The notes under the pieces are model-generated. The model did not search any database, was not told where the DNA came from, and saw only the letters and a list, made by a program, of their open reading frames with translations. The position numbers and the translations under genes were made by a program. A DNA stretch of 64,000 bases. It comes from an uncultured Nitrososphaerota archaeon (GTDB taxonomy: Archaea; Thermoproteota; Nitrososphaeria; Nitrososphaerales; CADDZS01). This document shows, one piece after another, positions 60,183-64,000 of the stretch. The stretch is taken from the NCBI GenBank assembly GCA_963799845.1, contig CAWCYI010000006.1, forward strand, positions 1,536,001 through 1,600,000, given 5' to 3'. The stretch's first letter is position 1. Every line of letters begins with the position of its first letter.

Positions 60183-61586
60183 TTGAGTTTCAAGTCATAC
60201 AGGAAGAAGGAGTACGAGCGGCTGCTCGACGATCCTGTCGTCAAACGGTGGTTCGACAATTCTGCCAAATCGAGTCGAGCCCACGCCGACATTAACCTCA
60301 GGATCCTCGGAAGGTTCTGCGACAAGATAAAAATGACCCCGTCGAAGTACGCGATGCTACCTCTTTCAAAGATGCAAGACCTGGCAGAGGATTATATTAC
60401 TCATCTGGAGAATGCCAAGAAGCCTGACGGGACACCGTACTCTCCAAGTTATGTGGAAAACTGCCTGACGGCCATCAAGGGCTGGGCTAGACGTAACGAC
60501 AAACCATTCAACAGAAAAATAGCCATCAAGAACGCTAACGCCACTCCAACGCTGGAACAAGAAAGGATTCCCACCAGGGAAGAATTGAAGCGGGTTCTGT
60601 ATCTGGGAACGACCCCGCTGAGGACGCGGGCGGGCATTGCAATAATGGCATTCAGCGGTTGCAGGCCCGAAGTCCAAGGCGACGATCTGGGGTTGGATGG
60701 TCTGAAGATCAAAGACTTGCCCGAACTTAAGGTGAGCGAAACAGAGGTTGTTTTCACAAAGATCCCTGCTCTCGTGATCGTCCGGGATAACCTGTCAAAA
60801 ACTGGATTTTGGTACCCCACATTTTTGGCGGAAGAAGGCTGTCAAATAATCGTTGAGCTGCTAAACAAACGAATCAGGGATGGGGAGAAGCTTGGTCTAT
60901 CCTCGGGAATCATCGTTACCAGCCGCGAACAAGCAAGACGGAGCAAAAGTTTCGAGAAGATCGGAATCAAGGACGAGTCTCCCTTTTTGCGCACGACAAA
61001 AATCTCGGACAACGTGAGACAGGCTATGCGAACAGCCGGTCTGCCGTGGAGACCCTACGTTTTCCGCAGTTATTTCGACACCCTCATGCTACTGGCGGAG
61101 AACGAGGGCAAAATTTCCCACGCGTACATGCAATGCTGGGCCGGCCATGCTGGCGACATCGAGGTCGTCTACACGACGAGGAAACACGTTCTTCCTCCCG
61201 AGCTTCTGGAAAATATGAGAGAGGCATACAAGAGATCGAGCGGCCTGCTTCAAACCATCGAATACAAACCCACTGCATCTGAAGATCTGGAAAAGTTCAA
61301 GCAATGGCTGCTGCTCACGGCGGGATACCCGCGCGATCAGGTTAACTCAATGAACGTCGGAGAAATGAGCGATGATGAAGTCGCAGAAAAGCTGGACAAA
61401 AAAAAGGCAAACAACGGAGGCAAGAAGCAGAAGCTCATTCCACTCGAGAACCTGGATGATTACCTATCCCGCGGTTGCGAGTGCGACAAAATAATAGAAA
61501 GCCGCGGTCAAGCTATAGTAAAGTTGCCCTTTGATTGGAACCCCCAGGATTCGAAAAATATCATAGACGACTCGATTCCGGCCTAG
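60183..61586 (+). CDS. Tyrosine recombinase/site-specific integrase
   Basis: SGCRPE (R), LSK (K), PYVFRSYF (x-x-R), AGH, VYT (Tyr nucleophile). Confidence 0.9.
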   Translation: MSFKSYRKKEYERLLDDPVVKRWFDNSAKSSRAHADINLRILGRFCDKIKMTPSKYAMLPLSKMQDLAEDYITHLENAKKPDGTPYSPSYVENCLTAIKGWARRNDKPFNRKIAIKNANATPTLEQERIPTREELKRVLYLGTTPLRTRAGIAIMAFSGCRPEVQGDDLGLDGLKIKDLPELKVSETEVVFTKIPALVIVRDNLSKTGFWYPTFLAEEGCQIIVELLNKRIRDGEKLGLSSGIIVTSREQARRSKSFEKIGIKDESPFLRTTKISDNVRQAMRTAGLPWRPYVFRSYFDTLMLLAENEGKISHAYMQCWAGHAGDIEVVYTTRKHVLPPELLENMREAYKRSSGLLQTIEYKPTASEDLEKFKQWLLLTAGYPRDQVNSMNVGEMSDDEVAEKLDKKKANNGGKKQKLIPLENLDDYLSRGCECDKIIESRGQAIVKLPFDWNPQDSKNIIDDSIPA

Positions 61587-61943
61587 TTATGCGGCCTCAG
61601 AGGCATGTTAAGTCGCGCAACTTTTTCGGTTGTGTTCGCACAGTACTTCTCGTTGACTTCTACAAGATTCTTCGTAGAAGTGCCATGCTAAGATATCCCA
61701 CGCCGTATGAAACATTGCCGTAGCTCTCGCCTTCTATGGGTTCTGAATCCTCTTTTGCTGACTGGAATACGCGTTGTCTCGAAGCTGATTTTCGTCCTAA
61801 ATTCCGCGAGATTGATTAGATAAAATCAACTAGCACGATTCCAAGTCGTACCAACTGATAAAATAAATAAGAAAAAGTGAAGAAAAGATTGATGCCAAGG
61901 GATTCTGTTGACTCTTTTCCGGTTTTAAACGTGGATATTTCTT

Positions 61944-63089
61944 TTATCTCGATTTCTTCTTTTTCTTCGGCTGGAAAAGAGGTTCAGGAACTCCCATGTA
62001 AGCAGCAAGGGTGGGATTTTGCTGATTTTTGGCTCGATAATAATCTTGTAGCGTGTTTCTGGCCTGTAAGAAGTCTGCTGTCTTTATGTCGTCAATTCTA
62101 GATTCAACCCAACATTTTCGAAGCTCCGAACCAAGATTCTCTTCCTGTCTTGATTTTGCCTTAATTTTGAAGGCTCCATTTAGTTTCTCGTCTGGCTCGA
62201 TAAATTTGATTTTTAGACCTTCATCGATAATAGCTTGAATAAGGTCTTTTTTTTCTTTGGAATCCAAGGTTGGAAGGTAACTATCGACTCGTTGACGGAG
62301 TATCTGGGTCAAAACCAGATATGGATTCTTAACCAAATTCCTAGAACGTATCAGGAGATTCACTTTAGAAAACATGTGGCTTTGTGGAAAAACGCCGTAC
62401 ACGTTGACAGCCGATGCTAATCCATCCTCGCCCAACACGCGATTAAGTTCTTTATCACGATGAACCCTTCCTTCGAACTTTTCATCTGAGGGCCGAAAAA
62501 GTGACAGCCTAAATTTATCAATATCAGCTTGCCAAAGTATGATCTTCCTATTGGTTTGTTTGATATGGTGATTCACTTCACCCGCTACATAGGGAGTAAC
62601 AGCAAGAACATATTCTAGGATAGGATTAGTTTTTAGTCCGAGTAAGTCCTTCACTTGATCTAAGTTTTTCTCTACGTATTCGATTTTCTTATCAATATCT
62701 GCAAGTTCACTAGGGATATTTGACATAGCAATTCGCGATTTACCTTCACCGAAAATTGCAATTGGATTGTCGCTTTGTCGCTTCGCAATCAAGAAGTCAA
62801 AGATTGGAGGCTTATTGTCCGTATTTTTGTAGAAAGGGTCTGCGACTTGGAAGGCGTAGCCAAGTTGCCTAGTAGGCATGCTAGTTTCTTCGAAAATATG
62901 AATGCAGAGATCAATCATATCATCATGATTTTGAGCAGTCTCAATCTCTTGAGATAAATTATCTCGAAGATTGCCTGCTTCCTTTCTGTAATATTTGGTT
63001 TTTTCTTTTTTGAGATTCTTTAGATCTCCTTTGTAAAGGGCCTGAAGTTGAGGTTGGATAGTCTGTTCAAATCCATCATCATCCACCAA
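61944..63089 (-). CDS. Hypothetical protein with PD-(D/E)XK nuclease-like motif
   Basis: 'PIFDFLIAK...IAIFGEGKS'; AT-rich coding. Confidence 0.6.
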   Translation of the reverse strand: MVDDDGFEQTIQPQLQALYKGDLKNLKKEKTKYYRKEAGNLRDNLSQEIETAQNHDDMIDLCIHIFEETSMPTRQLGYAFQVADPFYKNTDNKPPIFDFLIAKRQSDNPIAIFGEGKSRIAMSNIPSELADIDKKIEYVEKNLDQVKDLLGLKTNPILEYVLAVTPYVAGEVNHHIKQTNRKIILWQADIDKFRLSLFRPSDEKFEGRVHRDKELNRVLGEDGLASAVNVYGVFPQSHMFSKVNLLIRSRNLVKNPYLVLTQILRQRVDSYLPTLDSKEKKDLIQAIIDEGLKIKFIEPDEKLNGAFKIKAKSRQEENLGSELRKCWVESRIDDIKTADFLQARNTLQDYYRAKNQQNPTLAAYMGVPEPLFQPKKKKKSR

Positions 63090-63094
63090 AAAAA

Positions 63095-63955
63095 CTAGGC
63101 ACCGAAAGTATTCAATGTCGCTGTATCGTCAACTTCTTCGAGAATCTGACGATAGAAATCTAGAAAGCTTTCAAAAGTACATTCTTTTGTGTGTGGTATT
63201 AGAGCAATTTCGCTCTCATTCGAAGAGATACCAAAGATACTTTCTTTTTCACGATCCATGGCGGTCGCAATCCAATGAAATGAACCTTTATCTTGCTTCT
63301 TATCAAGAAATTCGAATCTCCTGCTGTCAGCAAATTCGAACCTCCTATGGATCGACATGAATTCTTTGACAGTATTATCATCTAATTTTTTGGCGTTTAG
63401 CCTAATTTTTCCAGATGTTAGAGCTGGAATCTTCATCTTACCAGTTTCAGAAACAATGGTTTCAAAATCTCTTTTCAAAAGTTGAGATGTGGCAGTCAAT
63501 TTTGCTTCCTTATCTTTGATGTAACTTAATGCGTAATCAAATGCATTGAACATTTCTTTGGTTTGGCTACGAACTGTGAATAGACCATCGTTGGTGAATT
63601 GTATCTCCCCACCTTTCATTCGAAGAGCCACAGAAGTTGGTCTTATTCCGTAAGTCGCTCTTAATTCCAAAAGTGTCTCATAACTATCTCTGGCTCTCCA
63701 AAACACTTTGCGACTCACATCACGTTTTGTTTTTTCTGGAAAAGTGTCATCTTCTGCACGATTCGCTCTGAACCACCTCATTGTCGGATGAAATTTGTCC
63801 ATAACGTGAAAGAGCAAATCCTCAAAAAGCCTAGGCCCTATCCACATCTTTCCGAAACCAGATGTTGTTTTGACAAAATAATCCAAAGTATTGGAATATT
63901 CCTTTCCTGTTGAAGAGCTGTAAAAAAGTAAAAGCTTTGGACTAAATCTAGTCAC
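63095..63955 (-). CDS. Hypothetical protein, operonic with the nuclease-like gene
   Basis: 286-aa AT-rich ORF ending 5 bp before the next start. Confidence 0.7.
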   Translation of the reverse strand: MTRFSPKLLLFYSSSTGKEYSNTLDYFVKTTSGFGKMWIGPRLFEDLLFHVMDKFHPTMRWFRANRAEDDTFPEKTKRDVSRKVFWRARDSYETLLELRATYGIRPTSVALRMKGGEIQFTNDGLFTVRSQTKEMFNAFDYALSYIKDKEAKLTATSQLLKRDFETIVSETGKMKIPALTSGKIRLNAKKLDDNTVKEFMSIHRRFEFADSRRFEFLDKKQDKGSFHWIATAMDREKESIFGISSNESEIALIPHTKECTFESFLDFYRQILEEVDDTATLNTFGA

Positions 63956-64000
63956 AAAGAAGTCAGTTCGTGAATTTTCGTTAGAAAAATCTGGAATTCT

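Overview
Archaeal chromosomal window, probably a non-ammonia-oxidising Nitrososphaerota/Thaumarchaeota-like lineage. This is inferred from F420-dependent enzymes, V4R/RHH signalling proteins, archaeal Lrp and VapBC modules, and frequent TTG/GTG starts. It holds housekeeping and accessory genes: the tatC 3' end, two DUF72 genes, dinB, three VOC genes, two ABC-2 exporters, arsM, pstSCAB-phoU, DedA, a polytopic Rieske protein, an LLM oxidoreductase and an aminotransferase. Mobile DNA includes an ISH3-type IS with TIRs and TSD, toxin-antitoxin modules, and a tyrosine integrase next to an AT-rich nuclease-like gene pair. The most striking signal is a tnpB gene with intact RuvC motifs, bounded by 18-bp terminal inverted repeats resembling IS6-family ends and by an 8-9 bp direct repeat. 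The same end sequence recurs in an orphan omegaRNA-like remnant (about 17.3 kb) and in an inverted pair around a passenger membrane gene (about 46.7-47.4 kb). Also notable are a tandem DUF1269/small-partner array, a 32-bp inverted-repeat-bounded segment, and direct repeats around a VapBC pair. Many genes carry single-base frameshifts, most likely long-read assembly errors. All family calls come from motif recognition by eye; no searches were run.
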